Shown here: piece after piece, positions 9,808 through 20,505 of the stretch
How positions within the stretch are numbered: position 1 is the first letter of the stretch
Layout of the letters: each line of letters begins with the position of its first letter
Origin: Planctomycetota bacterium
GTDB taxonomy: Bacteria > Planctomycetota > UBA8108 > SXIK01
Assembly: GCA_965223265.1 (NCBI GenBank)
Contig: OZ244999.1
Location: 1,568,001 to 1,632,000, forward strand
Length of the DNA: 64,000 nucleotides
Reading direction: 5' to 3'
Translations under genes and position numbers: made by a program
The notes under the pieces: model-generated
Told to the model about the DNA's origin: nothing
Database searches by the model: none
Seen by the model: the letters and a program-made list of their open reading frames with translations, nothing else

Positions 9808-12276
9808 ATGAAAACTCCGTCACGCCCGGGGCGCGTCCGTCGCCTCCTACCGATCCTGCTGCCGCTTGTCTTTCTGTCCCTCTCTCCCGCAGTCCGCGCT
9901 GACGCGAAGCGCGTCGACTTCGCGCGCCAGATTCTGCCGCTCCTCTCCGAGAAGTGTTTCGTTTGCCATGGACCCGACACCCGGGAGAAGGATCTGGTTC
10001 GTCTTGACTCCGAAGCTGGAGCGACGCGTGACCTCGGCGGCTACCGCGCGATCGATCGTCGCAACCCCGACAAAAGTGAAATCCTTGCGCGCATCCACGA
10101 TGCCGATAGCCCGATGCCGCCGAGCGACTCGGGGAAGAAGCTGACTGACGATGAGCGCACGCTTCTGCGCCGCTGGATCGAACAAGGCGGCGACTACGCG
10201 ACGCATTGGGCTTTCGTCCCCCCCGTCAAACAGGCGCCTCCGGGTGGCGACGCCGCGCGGGGCCGCGAGATCGATGCGTTCATCGGCGCCCGCCTCGCTG
10301 ACGCCGGCGTTGACTTCGCACCGGAGGCCGACCGCGCCACCTTGGCTCGCAGACTCGCTCTGACGCTCACCGGGCTGCCGCCGAAGCCGGATCAACTCGC
10401 CGCGTTTCTCGCGGACGAACGGCCGGACGCTGACGCACGCTTCGTCGAAACTCTCCTCGCCAGTCCAAGCTACGGCGAACATCAAGCGCGTTATTGGCTC
10501 GACGCCGTGCGCTATGGCGACACCCACGGCCTCCACCTCGACAATCGGCGCGGCATCTACCCTTATCGCGATTGGGTCGTCCACGCGTTCAATCGCAACC
10601 TGCCATTCGACAAGTTTATCACCTGGCAACTTGCCGGTGACCTGCTCCCGAGACCGACGCTCGAGCAGCGCGTTGCCACTGGCTTCGTGCGCATGAATCC
10701 GACGACCTCCGAGGGCGGCGCCATTCCCGAGGAGTTCCAGGCCAAGAATAACTTCGACCGCACCGAGAACCTGGGCACGGTGCTCCTCGGCATGAGTCTG
10801 ATCTGCGCTCGCTGCCACACACACAAGTACGACCCGATCCCGCAGACGGAGTACTACCGCCTCTTCGCGTTCTTCAACAGCACCGCCGAAAAATCGATGG
10901 ACGGTAATTCGTACACCTACGAGCCCGTCCTCAAAGCACCTTCGAACCAGGCACAGTGGGCGCGCTGGAAACTTCTCGAAGATGCCCGTACCGAACTTTT
11001 TGCCTCGGTGAAGTCTGCTTTCAACGCCGGACGCACTCCCGGAGACCGTGCAGCGAACACGTGGCGCGACGCCAGCCGTGATGAGCGTTTGGCGCTGCTC
11101 GCAGATCCTTCCAGTCCTTTCGCCTCTTTAGACCTGGCGGACGAAGCGTCGAGACTCACCCAGGCGATGAGCGAGCTGGCGGAGGGCTTCACTACGACTC
11201 TCGTCGCCGCTGACCTCGAATCGCCGCGCGAAACGTTCGTCCTCAGTCGTGGCGAGTACAACTTGCCGACCGGCGAACCGCTGCAGCCCGATGTCCTCTC
11301 AGTCATGGGAAGTTTTCCCGACGGCGCACCGCGCAATCGCTTGGGGCTGGCACGCTGGCTCACGTCACCTGGGCATCCCCTGGTGGCTCGCGTTTTGGTG
11401 AATCGCATCTGGCAGCGTGTCTTCGGGGCCGGACTTGTTCGCACTCCTGAGGACTTCGGCCTCCAGGGTCAGCAGCCCACGCATCCTGAGCTCCTCGACT
11501 GGCTCGCCATCGAGTTTCAGGAGAGCGGCTGGGATCTGAGGCACATGCTGCGGCTCATGGTCCACAGTCGCACGTTCCGGCAGAGCTCAGCATGGCGAGA
11601 GGATCTTGACGACCCTGAGAATCAGCTCTTCGCACGAGGGCCGCGCTATCGCCTCGATGCCGAAGTCATCCGCGATCTCGCGCTCTGGGCGAGCGACCTC
11701 CTTGATCCTGAGATGGGCGGCGAAGGCGTCAAACCGTACCAACCAGGCGGGCTTTGGAAGGCGCTCGCACACCCTAGCAGTAACACCAAGGAATACAAAC
11801 GTGACACGGGCGAAAAGATTTACCGCCGTAGTCTCTACGTCTATTGGAAGCGCACCAGCCCGCATCCGATGATGACGCTCTTCGATGCGCCGAGTCGCGA
11901 GGCCAGCTGCGTCAGGCGCTCGCGAACCAACACGTCGCTGCAGTCGCTCGGTCTCTTCAACGAGACGCAGCGTGTTGAGGTGTCGCGCGCGCTCGCGCAG
12001 CGTCTCTTGACCGAAGCGGCGGATGTCGACGCTCGTCTAAACCTTCTCTTCGCGTTTCTCGCTTCGCGCGAGCCGAGTGATCGCGAGCGGACTGTGTGCA
12101 TGTCGCTCTACGAACGAAGTCGTGCGCGCTACCAAGCTGCGAACGGCGACGCGCTCGCACTCCTCTCCGTCGGCGAGGCACCGCGCGACGAAACTCTCGA
12201 TGCGGCAGAGCACGCCGCGTGGACGCAAGTGGCGATCACCGTGCTTTCAAGCGACGTGGCGCTTCTTCTCTACTGA
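9808..12276 (+). CDS. PSD1 / planctomycete cytochrome c domain protein (DUF1549 + DUF1553)
   Basis: Signal peptide, CFVCH and CARCH heme motifs, WLDAVRYGDT, PTHPELLDWLA and RRSLY motifs. Confidence 0.95.
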   Translation: MKTPSRPGRVRRLLPILLPLVFLSLSPAVRADAKRVDFARQILPLLSEKCFVCHGPDTREKDLVRLDSEAGATRDLGGYRAIDRRNPDKSEILARIHDADSPMPPSDSGKKLTDDERTLLRRWIEQGGDYATHWAFVPPVKQAPPGGDAARGREIDAFIGARLADAGVDFAPEADRATLARRLALTLTGLPPKPDQLAAFLADERPDADARFVETLLASPSYGEHQARYWLDAVRYGDTHGLHLDNRRGIYPYRDWVVHAFNRNLPFDKFITWQLAGDLLPRPTLEQRVATGFVRMNPTTSEGGAIPEEFQAKNNFDRTENLGTVLLGMSLICARCHTHKYDPIPQTEYYRLFAFFNSTAEKSMDGNSYTYEPVLKAPSNQAQWARWKLLEDARTELFASVKSAFNAGRTPGDRAANTWRDASRDERLALLADPSSPFASLDLADEASRLTQAMSELAEGFTTTLVAADLESPRETFVLSRGEYNLPTGEPLQPDVLSVMGSFPDGAPRNRLGLARWLTSPGHPLVARVLVNRIWQRVFGAGLVRTPEDFGLQGQQPTHPELLDWLAIEFQESGWDLRHMLRLMVHSRTFRQSSAWREDLDDPENQLFARGPRYRLDAEVIRDLALWASDLLDPEMGGEGVKPYQPGGLWKALAHPSSNTKEYKRDTGEKIYRRSLYVYWKRTSPHPMMTLFDAPSREASCVRRSRTNTSLQSLGLFNETQRVEVSRALAQRLLTEAADVDARLNLLFAFLASREPSDRERTVCMSLYERSRARYQAANGDALALLSVGEAPRDETLDAAEHAAWTQVAITVLSSDVALLLY

Positions 12277-12330
12277 ACGACTGAGTTTTTGACTCCTCAA
12301 CGAATAGAGGTTTAACCACTCGAGCCAGAC

Positions 12331-13854
12331 ATGCTTCAAAACGATCCACTGCGCGAGCACGAGTTGATGATCACGCGGCGCATGCTCTTCGGCCACACCG
12401 CTCTTGGCCTTGGCACGGCTGCGATGGCTGGTTTTCTGTCGCAAGATTTGCGCGCGTCGCAGAAAGCAGTTGCGCCAAAAGAGACACCCGATGCAGGGAT
12501 GCATCACGCCGCAGCGGCGAAGCGCGTGATCTACCTTTTCATGAGCGGCGGCCCGAGTCACCACGATCTGTGGGATTACAAACCCAAGCTCAAGGACCTC
12601 TACGGCAAGCAGCTTCCCGATCACGTGCGCGACGGTCAGCGCGTCACGGGCATGACGGCGCGCCAGAAGAGTGGCCTGCCGATTGCGCCATCGAAGTACA
12701 AGTTCACGAGGCATGACAACAACGACCGTGGCGTTTGGATCAGCGAGCTCCTGCCGCACACGGCGACGGTGGCGCGCGAGCTCTGCGTCGTCCACTCGAC
12801 GTTCACCGAGGCGATCAACCACGACCCCGCGGTCACCTATATCCAGACGGGTAGTCAGATCCCCGGGCGTCCAAGTCTTGGCGCTTGGCTCAGCTACGGG
12901 CTCGGCCGCATGAATGACAACCTTCCCGGCTACATCGTCATGCACGCCCACAGTCGTCACGCCGAGCAAAGCCTCTTCAACCGCCTCTGGGGAACCGGGT
13001 TCATGCCTTCGGACCACCAAGGCATCCTCCTGCGCAGCCAAGGCGATCCGGTGCTCTATCTGAACAATCCGGCAGGTGTCAGCCGCGAAGACCGCCGCGC
13101 ACAGCTCGACGCGCTCGCCGCAATCAACCAAGAGCAGTACGAGCGTTTCGGCGACCCGGAAGTGCTGGCGCGCGTCCGCCAGCATGAGATGGCGTACCGC
13201 ATGCAGGCGTCTGTACCCGAGCTCATGGACGTGTCATCCGAGAGCGAATCGACGTTCCAGCTCTACGGCGAGGAGGCGAGGACGCCCGGCACGTTCGCAG
13301 CGTGCTGCCTAAGCGCGCGTCGACTTGCCGAGCGCGGCGTGCGCAATATCCAGATCTTCCATCGCGGTTGGGATGCGCATGGAAATCTTGCTGGCGAGCA
13401 TGAGTCGCAGTGCCGAGATGTCGACCAAGGGTGTGCGGCGCTGATCAAGGACCTCAAGCAGCGCGGCATGCTCGACGACACGCTGGTGATCTGGGGCGGC
13501 GAGTTCGGCCGCACGGTTTACTGCCAAGGAAATCTCACGCGCCAAAACTACGGTCGCGACCATCACCCGCGCTGCTTCACCGTCTGGCTTGCAGGCGGCG
13601 GTATCAAGGCAGGCATCACTTATGGCCGTACGGACGACTACGCCTACAACATTTGCGACGCCGACGGCAACACACTGTCGCCGCAGCCGACGAAAGAGAA
13701 GTGGACGCCCGGCACGATGCACATCCACGACCTCAACGCGACCATCCTTCACCTCCTCGGCATCGACCATGAGCGGCTCACGTACCGCTACCAGGGAAGG
13801 GACTTCCGGCTGACCGACGTGCATGGGCATGTGATTCACGACATCATCGCGTAG
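12331..13854 (+). CDS. DUF1501 domain protein
   Basis: KRVIYLFMSGGPSH, WGGEFGRT, GRDHHP and YQGRDFRLTDVHG motifs; usual partner of DUF1549/1553 genes. Confidence 0.95.
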   Translation: MLQNDPLREHELMITRRMLFGHTALGLGTAAMAGFLSQDLRASQKAVAPKETPDAGMHHAAAAKRVIYLFMSGGPSHHDLWDYKPKLKDLYGKQLPDHVRDGQRVTGMTARQKSGLPIAPSKYKFTRHDNNDRGVWISELLPHTATVARELCVVHSTFTEAINHDPAVTYIQTGSQIPGRPSLGAWLSYGLGRMNDNLPGYIVMHAHSRHAEQSLFNRLWGTGFMPSDHQGILLRSQGDPVLYLNNPAGVSREDRRAQLDALAAINQEQYERFGDPEVLARVRQHEMAYRMQASVPELMDVSSESESTFQLYGEEARTPGTFAACCLSARRLAERGVRNIQIFHRGWDAHGNLAGEHESQCRDVDQGCAALIKDLKQRGMLDDTLVIWGGEFGRTVYCQGNLTRQNYGRDHHPRCFTVWLAGGGIKAGITYGRTDDYAYNICDADGNTLSPQPTKEKWTPGTMHIHDLNATILHLLGIDHERLTYRYQGRDFRLTDVHGHVIHDIIA

Positions 13855-13985
13855 GCGGCTCTTCTCGAGCACGAGTTTGCACCGAATAGCACGCCTCCTT
13901 TTTCTGCGTCGTAGGCATACCCCCTGTGATAGGGTGATGGTGGGTTAGGAGCCACCATCTTCTGGGCGAAGCAGGAGCAGACGCG

Positions 13986-16900
13986 ATGAAACGATGGAGA
14001 GCGTCCGGTCGGTTTTTCCTTGCTGCGTTGCTTTTCCTTATGTCGTCAGCGCCCGTCACCGCTCAGAGTTATCTGCCCGGCGACGCGAACGACGACGGGG
14101 CCGTCGACATCAGCGATCCGATCAACGTTTTGATCTACCTTTTCGCTGGTCCGTTCGAGCTGCGCTGCCCGAACGCCGCCGATGCGAACGCTGATGACAG
14201 CGTCAATCTTTCGGACGCCATTTGGCTCTTGCAGAGTCTCTTTCGTAACGGCAGCCCACCCATCGCAAAGCCTGGCGAAGACTGCAGTGGCGACGGTACG
14301 GACGATCTTGACGACACCGTGGCGGGCGACATCTTCGACAACACGACGTTCCTCTACAGTGGCCTGCAGCCGGTGCAGATCGGTGTCGCTCCCGGGACGA
14401 TCGACAAGCTGCGCGTGACCGTGATTCGCGGCACAGTTGCGGATGAAAGCGGGCCACTCGCCGGAGTCGAGGTCACGGTCATGGACCACGCCGAGCTAGG
14501 CTACACGTTCTCTCAGAGCGATGGCTGGTTCAGCTTGGCGGCGAACGGCGGCGGACGGCTGACGCTCGTCTTTAGGAAGTCGGGCTACATGCCGGTCCAT
14601 CGAGCGGTGGATGTCGGTTGGCGCGAGTACACGTTCACCGACGACGTCTTCATGAAACCCTACGACAGCGAAGTCACAGCGATTACGCTCGGCGCGGGAG
14701 TGATGCAGGTGGCGCGCGGCAGCATCTCCACAGATGCTCATGGTCCGCGCCAGGCGACGCTGCTTGTGCCCCCAGGAACAACGGCGACGATGCATCTCCC
14801 GGGCCCGCCGCCGACGCAGCAGGCGCTGGCGACGATGAACGTACGCCTCACCGAGTACACGACGGGCCAGAATGGCCCCGACGCGATGCCCGCCGGCCTG
14901 CCGCCGACCACCGCGTACACGTACGCGATCGAACTCAGCGCCGACGAGGCGGTGGCTGCTGGGGCGACGTCGGTCGAGTTCAACCAAGCGGTGATCGTGT
15001 ACGTGGAGAATTTCCACGATTTCGAGATCGGTCAGGCCGGTCCTTTAGGCTTTTACGATCGCGACGCGGGCCAATGGGTGCCCATGCCGGACGCGGTCAT
15101 TCTCGAAATGGTCGGAGAATCCGGAGGCATGGCCCAGCTCGATCTGAGCGGCGACGGCAGCGAAGATTCAGAGCTCTACGCCGCGGTGGGAATTACCGAC
15201 GCGGAGCGGGCGAAGCTGGCAGAGCTCTACAGTGCACCCGAGCAGCTCTGGCGCATGGCCGTGACGCACTTCTCGGCGTTTGACCTCAACTGCGGCTTTG
15301 TCGAACTACTCGAGTGCATTGCCGGCAGGGGGGACTGTTCGCCGCTTCTTGAGCCGTTTTCAACCGGCGACAAGGACGACACGTGCAGGCTCCCGGGGTC
15401 GACGATCGAGATCCAAAACCAGATTCTTGGCCAGCGCATTCCGATCAAGGGAACGCCCTATTCCCTGCACTACCAGAGCGATCGCATGCCTGGCTTTGAG
15501 GCCGCATACCGGCTCGAGATCCCTGTGATCGGTGACTACACGCTGCCGGCGAACATCGAAGACGTCATTGTCGATATTTGGGTGGCCGGCAAGCGCGAGA
15601 GTTTCGAGGTGCTTTCGGAGCTCAACTGCCCAGGGCAGCTGGTGTGCACCGGGCCCTACAACTTTTCATGGACTTGGGATGGCAAAGGCCTCTTCGATCT
15701 GCCGTTTCAAGGCGCGCAAGAGGCGGTGGTGCGACTCGGCTACCGGTTTCTGCGCGATTACGCCACCTGGCCGTTCGAGACGGGGGCGGCGACCTTCGCT
15801 GCTTGGCCCGAAGGTACTGAGGTCGTCGACGAGGGCAGCTCGTCGGAGTACCAGAAGTACACCGCATGGACGACGTTCAGGGTTGGCGTCGGCGCTTGGA
15901 GCAACACACCGCTCGGGCTCGGCGGGTTCAGCATCGATGTGAATCACAGCTACAGCCCGTCAAGGCGCACACTCCACCTCGGTGATGGCCGCCGCCGCAG
16001 TAACACCGGTACGGGCGGGGTGATTGATTTCTTTGCTGGCGGGCAGGCGGGTGGCACCAGTGAAGACGACGGCATCTCGGCACTCGAAGCCAATATTGGC
16101 AACGCGCCGGCTGGCATGGCTTTTGCCCCTGACGGCACGCTCTATCGACCGGTGGAGACCGGGCTCAACACGAGTATCCGGCGGATCGACCCCGACGGCA
16201 CTGTCTTCCACGTGACGAAGAAGACGCGCTTTTCGGACTGCGACTCGGAAGGCGATGGAGGGCCTGCGATCCTCGCTGAGGTCTGCGGTGCCGAGGACGT
16301 CGCGATCGGGCCAGACGGCAGCCTTTACATCGCGGAGACCGACGCGAACAAGATCCGCGTCATTGATGCGAACGGTATTATCTCCACTTTTGCGGGCACC
16401 GGCGCGGACGTGTATGCGGGCGACGGCGGACCGGCGCTTGCAGCAAGCTTCACGCGTCCGCGTCGCATCGCCATCGGTCCCACCGGCGATATTTTCGTTC
16501 TGGATGAGATGACTCCTTCTGACGCCGTGGTTCGGAGGATCAGCCCCGCGGGCATCATCACACGCGTCGCCGGCGGGGGCAGCACCGTCGCTGATAGTGG
16601 GTTCGCTCTCAACCTTGATTTCAGCGGCTCGTTCGGCGTCGACATCGATGTGAGTTCCGATGGAATTCTGTACATTGCGGGGCCCTATTGGTCGGTCTAC
16701 CGCGTCTTGCCGGATGGCAACGCATCGATCGCGGCCGGTCAGCTCCTCGACCCCGGAGCCTCGGGCGATTTCGGGCAAGCGACCCAAGCCAGGCTCCGGC
16801 CGCAGGCGATCCACGTCGACCGCGATGGTGCGCTCTACATCGCCGTACAGGATGTCAACCAATTCGCTTCGGGCTCGCAGCCCGGTGTGCGCCGCGTCGG

Positions 16901-19900
16901 ACCGGACGGCATCATCACGACGGTGGTTGGCGGTCCCGACGAGGACGGCGACTGCCGTCCAGCGTGCAATGTGCCCGGAGTCGCCACCGGGGCGGAGCTT
17001 CAAAGCGCTGCGATCCAGACGGTAACGATTGCGCCGGACGGAGACCTGTACTTGGCGAGTAGCAACCGCATCTATCGCGTCGGCCTGGCACTCCCCGGTG
17101 CAGCGAGCGACGAGTTCACGGTCGCCTCCGAAGATGGTCAAGAGGTCTACGTCTTCGACGCGCGCGGCCGCCACTTGTTCACTCGCGACGCCTTCACAGG
17201 TGTCGATCTGTACACGTTCATGTATGACGGGGAAGGCCGCCTCACTAAGATCATCGACGTCGACGGCCTCGAGACCGAGATCTTTCGCGGCACCGGCGTC
17301 ACCATCATCGGACCCCACGGGCATACGACGACGCTTAAGGATGCCGACGAGAACGGTTTCTTTCAGACGGTTTCATTACCGGAGCCGATTTCGGGAGACT
17401 ACCAGCTCGAGTACGACGGCGGGGGTCTCCTGATACGGTTCACGTATCCCAACGGGAACGAGAGGACCTACGGCTACAGCGACGGTACCGAACCGCACGG
17501 CTTCGCCGGCCTCCTCGAGGAAGCGACCGATGCACTCGGCACGCGGACGTTCACGCGCAACAACTTTGGCGACACGAGCGGCTTCGGTGTGGTCGTCAAT
17601 CATGCCGAGGCGCCGAGCGATAGCTTGTCGGTCGTCGAAGAGCACGCCGACGGCAGCGAAACGTGGACAAACACCACGCCGGACGTCCGGCAGACGGTCA
17701 TCGAGCTCGGCATGAACGGTGTCACCCGGACGACCCTTAGCGACGGGTCTGTGGTGACCCTTACCGCTGGCCCCGATCCTCGCTTCGGCATGCAGTCGCC
17801 GGTGGTGAACGAGTTGGAAATCGCGACTGGGACGCGCGTTTTCAACCTCCAGACTGCCCGGGCGGTCACGCTGTCCAACTCCACCGATCCGTTCAGCCTA
17901 GAGACATGGACGGAGACGACGTGCATCAACGGCGCCGTCGATAGCTCGACGTGCGTTGGCGCTGACAGCGGCGTCACCACGGAGTTCAACGCCACGGGGC
18001 CGGTCAATACGATCGTCCGCACAACGAACGCAGGACGCGTCAGTGTCACCGAGCTCGACGCTGCCGGTCGGCCGACCGCGCTGGCTGTGGTTTCCGCTTC
18101 GGTTCCCGTAGCGGACGTAACGTTCGACTACAACGATGGGGCGATCGATCCGCTCAAGCGAGGTCAGCTCACTGCGGTTACGTTTTCAAGCGGCGGCGAG
18201 CAGCGGGTCTACTCGTTCACGTACGATGCTGACGGCAATCCTCAGACGATGACCGACCCGCTGAGCCGCACGGTGACTCTGATACCGGACGGCGCGACGC
18301 GCATTGTCGGCCAGCAGCGTCCGGACTCAAGTGTGGTTGCCTACAGCTATGACGGCAGCGACAACGTCACAAGCATCGACCCGCCGGGCGAGAACGTCAG
18401 CAACCTGCACACGTTTGAGTTCAACGGGGTCGACTTCCTGCAGACCTACACTGCTCCGAGCGTCGGCCTCTCGAGCCATGAGAACAGATTTGACCTCAAC
18501 GGCGATCGCCAGCTCGATCTCATCACGCTCAACGATGGTGGGGCGGAGTCGACGATCGACCCGGGCTATGACCTGTTTGGTCGTCTCTGGTTCATAGCGC
18601 TCAGTCCGAACGGTGGGTCGTCGTGGAGCTTGCAGTACAGCTATGTCGCGAGCGGCCCGGATCTCGGCAAGCTCGAGACTGTGAATACCACCAGGGACGA
18701 AGTCACGATCACATACAGTTACGATGGTGCCTTTGTGGACAGCGTCGAGTGGAGTGGGGCGGGCATTCCCGGCACTCACAGCGTAACGTACGCATACGAC
18801 AACGCATTTCGCATCACCAGCGAGCAAGTCGACCAAGAGGCCGTGGTGAGCTTTCAATACGGCGATGCCGACGGACTGTTGACCAGCGCGGGCGCGCTCG
18901 GGCTGATCCGCGATAGCGACACGGGGATCCTGACCGGGACCACCCTGAGCGCTGATGGCGCCATGGTCAGCGACACCGTCGTCGTCACGCCGTTCGGCGA
19001 GCTCGCGAGCTACACGGCTCAGCACTCGAGTGCTGGCGTGCTCTATGACGTGAGTTACACGCACGATGCAAGCGGTCGCATCGAAGGGAAGAGCGAGACC
19101 ATTCTGGGTGCGACCACCTATTACGGTTACATCTATGACGCCGCCGGTCGACTCGATCGGGTTTACCAGGGGAGTGTAGCGCCGTGTGACCCGCCAGCCA
19201 GCTGCACGCTCGCAGCGGACTATGCCTATGACGCCAACGGCAACCGCGATCCAGGCAGCTGCACCTACGATCTGCAAGACCGGCTCACGGGCTGTGGCGC
19301 GACCACGTACACGTACACCGACTGGGGGGCTCTAGCAGCGAAGACCGATGGGACGGGTACCACGAGTTACGTTTACGATCTCTTAGGGAACCTACGCAGC
19401 GTGGCAGCACCGGGGGCTGCGGTGATTGACTACGTCATCGACGGCGAGGGTCGGCGCATCGGCAAGAAGCTCGACGGCACGCTCGAAAAGGTGTGGCTCT
19501 ACCGCGACGACCTCAACCCGGTCGCTGAGCTTGACGGCAGCGGCAACGCTCAAGCGATTTTCGTCTACGGCACGAAACTTCACGTCCCAGACTACATGGT
19601 GAAGGTCAGCGGTCCTGACGCGGGAACCTATCGCCTGGTCACCGACCACCTCGGCAGCGTGCGCCTGGTCGTCGATGTGGCGACGGGCGCGGTCGCGCAG
19701 CGGCTAGACTACGATGCGTTCGGCGTTGTGCTGCAGGACACGAGTCCAGGCTTTCAGCCCTTCGGGTTCGCTGGCGGACTCTATGATCCCGACACCGGGT
19801 GGGTGCGTTTTGGCGCGCGCGACTACGCGCCGGACATCGGACGCTGGACGGACAAGGATCCCATCGGATTCGAGGGACAGGACACGAACCTTTACGCCTA

Positions 19901-20303
19901 CGCGGGGAGTGATCCGCTCAACCGGATCGATCCGGAGGGGACGGTGCCGGTGCCTGTGTTAGTTGGTGCAGGAGTGTTCTTTGTCGGCGACATCATCTAC
20001 CAGCTGGCGACCAACGGACCTTGCGAGGAGTTCAGCTACGTCGAGTTGGCCGCAGCGACCGCTGCCGGGGCTGGTGGTGGATATCTCTTCCACGTCGTTC
20101 GCGCTGCCATCGCAGCACCTACTGCAGCCGAGCTCGGGAGACGAGCCGCCGAGGCGGAGCGGCGTGGACAGCTGCGAGCGCTCGAAAAAACCATCGGCAA
20201 GCAGCTCCGACAGTCGGAGAAGTTCATCCGAGAAAACGGCAAACCCGTCTATGAGGCGGTTGACGACGCGGTCAAGAAGTGGGGGAAAGACATCTACAAG
20301 TGA
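13986..20303 (+). CDS. Teneurin-like RHS/YD-repeat protein: signal peptide, dockerin, Ig/FN-plug region, NHL propeller, YD shell, RHS core, ~120-aa C-terminal tip
   Basis: PGDANDDGAVDISD...CPNAADANADDSVNLSDAI dockerin; GDGGPA / GPDGSLYIA NHL repeats; many YD repeats; core PFGFAGGLYDPDTGWVRFGARDYAPDIGRWTDKDPIG...NLYAYAGSDPLNRIDPEG. Confidence 0.92.
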   Translation: MKRWRASGRFFLAALLFLMSSAPVTAQSYLPGDANDDGAVDISDPINVLIYLFAGPFELRCPNAADANADDSVNLSDAIWLLQSLFRNGSPPIAKPGEDCSGDGTDDLDDTVAGDIFDNTTFLYSGLQPVQIGVAPGTIDKLRVTVIRGTVADESGPLAGVEVTVMDHAELGYTFSQSDGWFSLAANGGGRLTLVFRKSGYMPVHRAVDVGWREYTFTDDVFMKPYDSEVTAITLGAGVMQVARGSISTDAHGPRQATLLVPPGTTATMHLPGPPPTQQALATMNVRLTEYTTGQNGPDAMPAGLPPTTAYTYAIELSADEAVAAGATSVEFNQAVIVYVENFHDFEIGQAGPLGFYDRDAGQWVPMPDAVILEMVGESGGMAQLDLSGDGSEDSELYAAVGITDAERAKLAELYSAPEQLWRMAVTHFSAFDLNCGFVELLECIAGRGDCSPLLEPFSTGDKDDTCRLPGSTIEIQNQILGQRIPIKGTPYSLHYQSDRMPGFEAAYRLEIPVIGDYTLPANIEDVIVDIWVAGKRESFEVLSELNCPGQLVCTGPYNFSWTWDGKGLFDLPFQGAQEAVVRLGYRFLRDYATWPFETGAATFAAWPEGTEVVDEGSSSEYQKYTAWTTFRVGVGAWSNTPLGLGGFSIDVNHSYSPSRRTLHLGDGRRRSNTGTGGVIDFFAGGQAGGTSEDDGISALEANIGNAPAGMAFAPDGTLYRPVETGLNTSIRRIDPDGTVFHVTKKTRFSDCDSEGDGGPAILAEVCGAEDVAIGPDGSLYIAETDANKIRVIDANGIISTFAGTGADVYAGDGGPALAASFTRPRRIAIGPTGDIFVLDEMTPSDAVVRRISPAGIITRVAGGGSTVADSGFALNLDFSGSFGVDIDVSSDGILYIAGPYWSVYRVLPDGNASIAAGQLLDPGASGDFGQATQARLRPQAIHVDRDGALYIAVQDVNQFASGSQPGVRRVGPDGIITTVVGGPDEDGDCRPACNVPGVATGAELQSAAIQTVTIAPDGDLYLASSNRIYRVGLALPGAASDEFTVASEDGQEVYVFDARGRHLFTRDAFTGVDLYTFMYDGEGRLTKIIDVDGLETEIFRGTGVTIIGPHGHTTTLKDADENGFFQTVSLPEPISGDYQLEYDGGGLLIRFTYPNGNERTYGYSDGTEPHGFAGLLEEATDALGTRTFTRNNFGDTSGFGVVVNHAEAPSDSLSVVEEHADGSETWTNTTPDVRQTVIELGMNGVTRTTLSDGSVVTLTAGPDPRFGMQSPVVNELEIATGTRVFNLQTARAVTLSNSTDPFSLETWTETTCINGAVDSSTCVGADSGVTTEFNATGPVNTIVRTTNAGRVSVTELDAAGRPTALAVVSASVPVADVTFDYNDGAIDPLKRGQLTAVTFSSGGEQRVYSFTYDADGNPQTMTDPLSRTVTLIPDGATRIVGQQRPDSSVVAYSYDGSDNVTSIDPPGENVSNLHTFEFNGVDFLQTYTAPSVGLSSHENRFDLNGDRQLDLITLNDGGAESTIDPGYDLFGRLWFIALSPNGGSSWSLQYSYVASGPDLGKLETVNTTRDEVTITYSYDGAFVDSVEWSGAGIPGTHSVTYAYDNAFRITSEQVDQEAVVSFQYGDADGLLTSAGALGLIRDSDTGILTGTTLSADGAMVSDTVVVTPFGELASYTAQHSSAGVLYDVSYTHDASGRIEGKSETILGATTYYGYIYDAAGRLDRVYQGSVAPCDPPASCTLAADYAYDANGNRDPGSCTYDLQDRLTGCGATTYTYTDWGALAAKTDGTGTTSYVYDLLGNLRSVAAPGAAVIDYVIDGEGRRIGKKLDGTLEKVWLYRDDLNPVAELDGSGNAQAIFVYGTKLHVPDYMVKVSGPDAGTYRLVTDHLGSVRLVVDVATGAVAQRLDYDAFGVVLQDTSPGFQPFGFAGGLYDPDTGWVRFGARDYAPDIGRWTDKDPIGFEGQDTNLYAYAGSDPLNRIDPEGTVPVPVLVGAGVFFVGDIIYQLATNGPCEEFSYVELAAATAAGAGGGYLFHVVRAAIAAPTAAELGRRAAEAERRGQLRALEKTIGKQLRQSEKFIRENGKPVYEAVDDAVKKWGKDIYK

Positions 20304-20330
20304 TAGAGGAGTCGTCGTAGCTTCGTCTCC

Positions 20331-20358
20331 AAAGTAGCAGGCACGCTCCGCGTGCCGT
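20331..20358 (+). repeat. Single GTAG-type REP element
   Basis: AAAGTAGCAGGCACGCTCCGCGTGCCGT; matches the copy at 22244 except for two compensatory stem changes. Confidence 0.8.
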
Positions 20359-20505
20359 AGCCGAAGACCGAGCGGTCGCCACCGACTCCAAAGCTGATGC
20401 CTTCGCATCCACATTGGCCGCGGCCGATAGCAGTTATCTTGGGGTTCCGTTCCATGACGCCTTCGCGCTGAGCGCGAAGGTCGGTTTCTGGGGCGAATGC
20501 CCTTG

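Noticed and set aside
15960-19277. Long antisense ORFs (454 aa, 316 aa) opposite the teneurin-like gene, and similar shadow ORFs elsewhere
   Set aside because: Expected by-product of high-GC codon bias; no motifs and fully overlapped by a well-supported gene
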